In this document: in pieces, positions 31,605 through 31,741 of the stretch
Layout: each line of letters starts with the position of its first letter
How positions within the stretch are numbered: position 1 is the stretch's first letter
DNA from: a virus
Lineage: Duplodnaviria; Caudoviricetes
Direction: 5' to 3' (one strand)
IMG/VR virus record: IMGVR_UViG_3300045968_000324
Location: 1-31,741 of that record
DNA length: 31,741 nucleotides
Position numbers and translations under genes: made by a program
Notes under the pieces: generated by a model
Database searches by the model: none
Told to the model about the DNA's origin: nothing
The model's input: only the letters and a program-made list of their open reading frames with translations

Positions 31605-31741
31605 GCCGTGATCTCAGCCGCCTCCGCGTCTGGCACCTCGTCGTCGTAGACCTCCGGCTCGAGGTCCACCGGCTTGCCAACCGCGGCCTCGAGCGCGAGC
31701 CAATCGGACTCCGCGAAGCGGTCGAGGCCGACGACGGCCGC
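31601..31741 (-). CDS. Terminase large subunit (lambda GpA family), 3' end (truncated by window edge)
   Basis: Hand translation AAVVGLDRFAESDWLALEAAVGKPVDLEPEVYDDEVPDAEAAEITA*; AA..GLDRF.E..W..LE is typical of GpA C-termini; upstream of gpW/portal. Confidence 0.78.
   Translation of the reverse strand, partial: AAVVGLDRFAESDWLALEAAVGKPVDLEPEVYDDEVPDAEAAEITA

Larger units (their letters stand above)
1..31741. mobile_element. Temperate siphovirus-type phage/prophage segment (immunity switch, lysis, fibre, tail and head modules); extends beyond both window edges
   Basis: Canonical order terminase-gpW-portal-protease/capsid-connectors-tube-chaperones-TMP-Dit-hub on the minus strand; divergent repressor/Cro pair at the left; no host housekeeping genes. 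Confidence 0.96.

Noticed and set aside
1-31741. Host taxonomic assignment
   Set aside because: High GC and a lipobox/spanin-like gene hint at a high-GC, possibly diderm host, but no marker gene allows a supported call

Overview
Very GC-rich (about 70% by eye) segment of a temperate, long-tailed (siphovirus-type) phage or prophage with lambda-like head genes; no host genes are visible. The minus strand carries an almost continuous, translationally coupled late region read right to left: end of a GpA-type terminase, gpW, lambda-type portal, LexA-wHTH/HNH fusion, protease-capsid fusion, DUF2190-like cement, head-tail connectors, tail tube, chaperone pair (probable -1 frameshift), tape measure, Dit, beta-helix spike, tail hub, an extra modular fibre cassette (9948-4655) and an atypical lysis region with no recognisable endolysin. 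The plus strand at the left carries the immunity cassette: an XRE repressor divergent from a Cro-like gene, an ImmA/IrrE-like protein whose HExxH reads HALAH, and accessory genes. No integrase is in the window. The most unusual signals are: (i) a repeated layout in which a small regulator-like ORF is followed by a short-repeat leader at the head of three late sub-operons, clearest for a Mu Com-like Zn-finger ORF followed by (AGCGGCC)3-(GAGCCC)3; (ii) a structured RNA with an anti-Shine-Dalgarno loop between the tail tube and chaperone genes; (iii) a probably inactive ImmA with clamp-binding-like motifs; (iv) a fibre cassette containing a 15 x 20-aa ruler-like protein. All family calls come from motifs and synteny read by eye; no searches were run.
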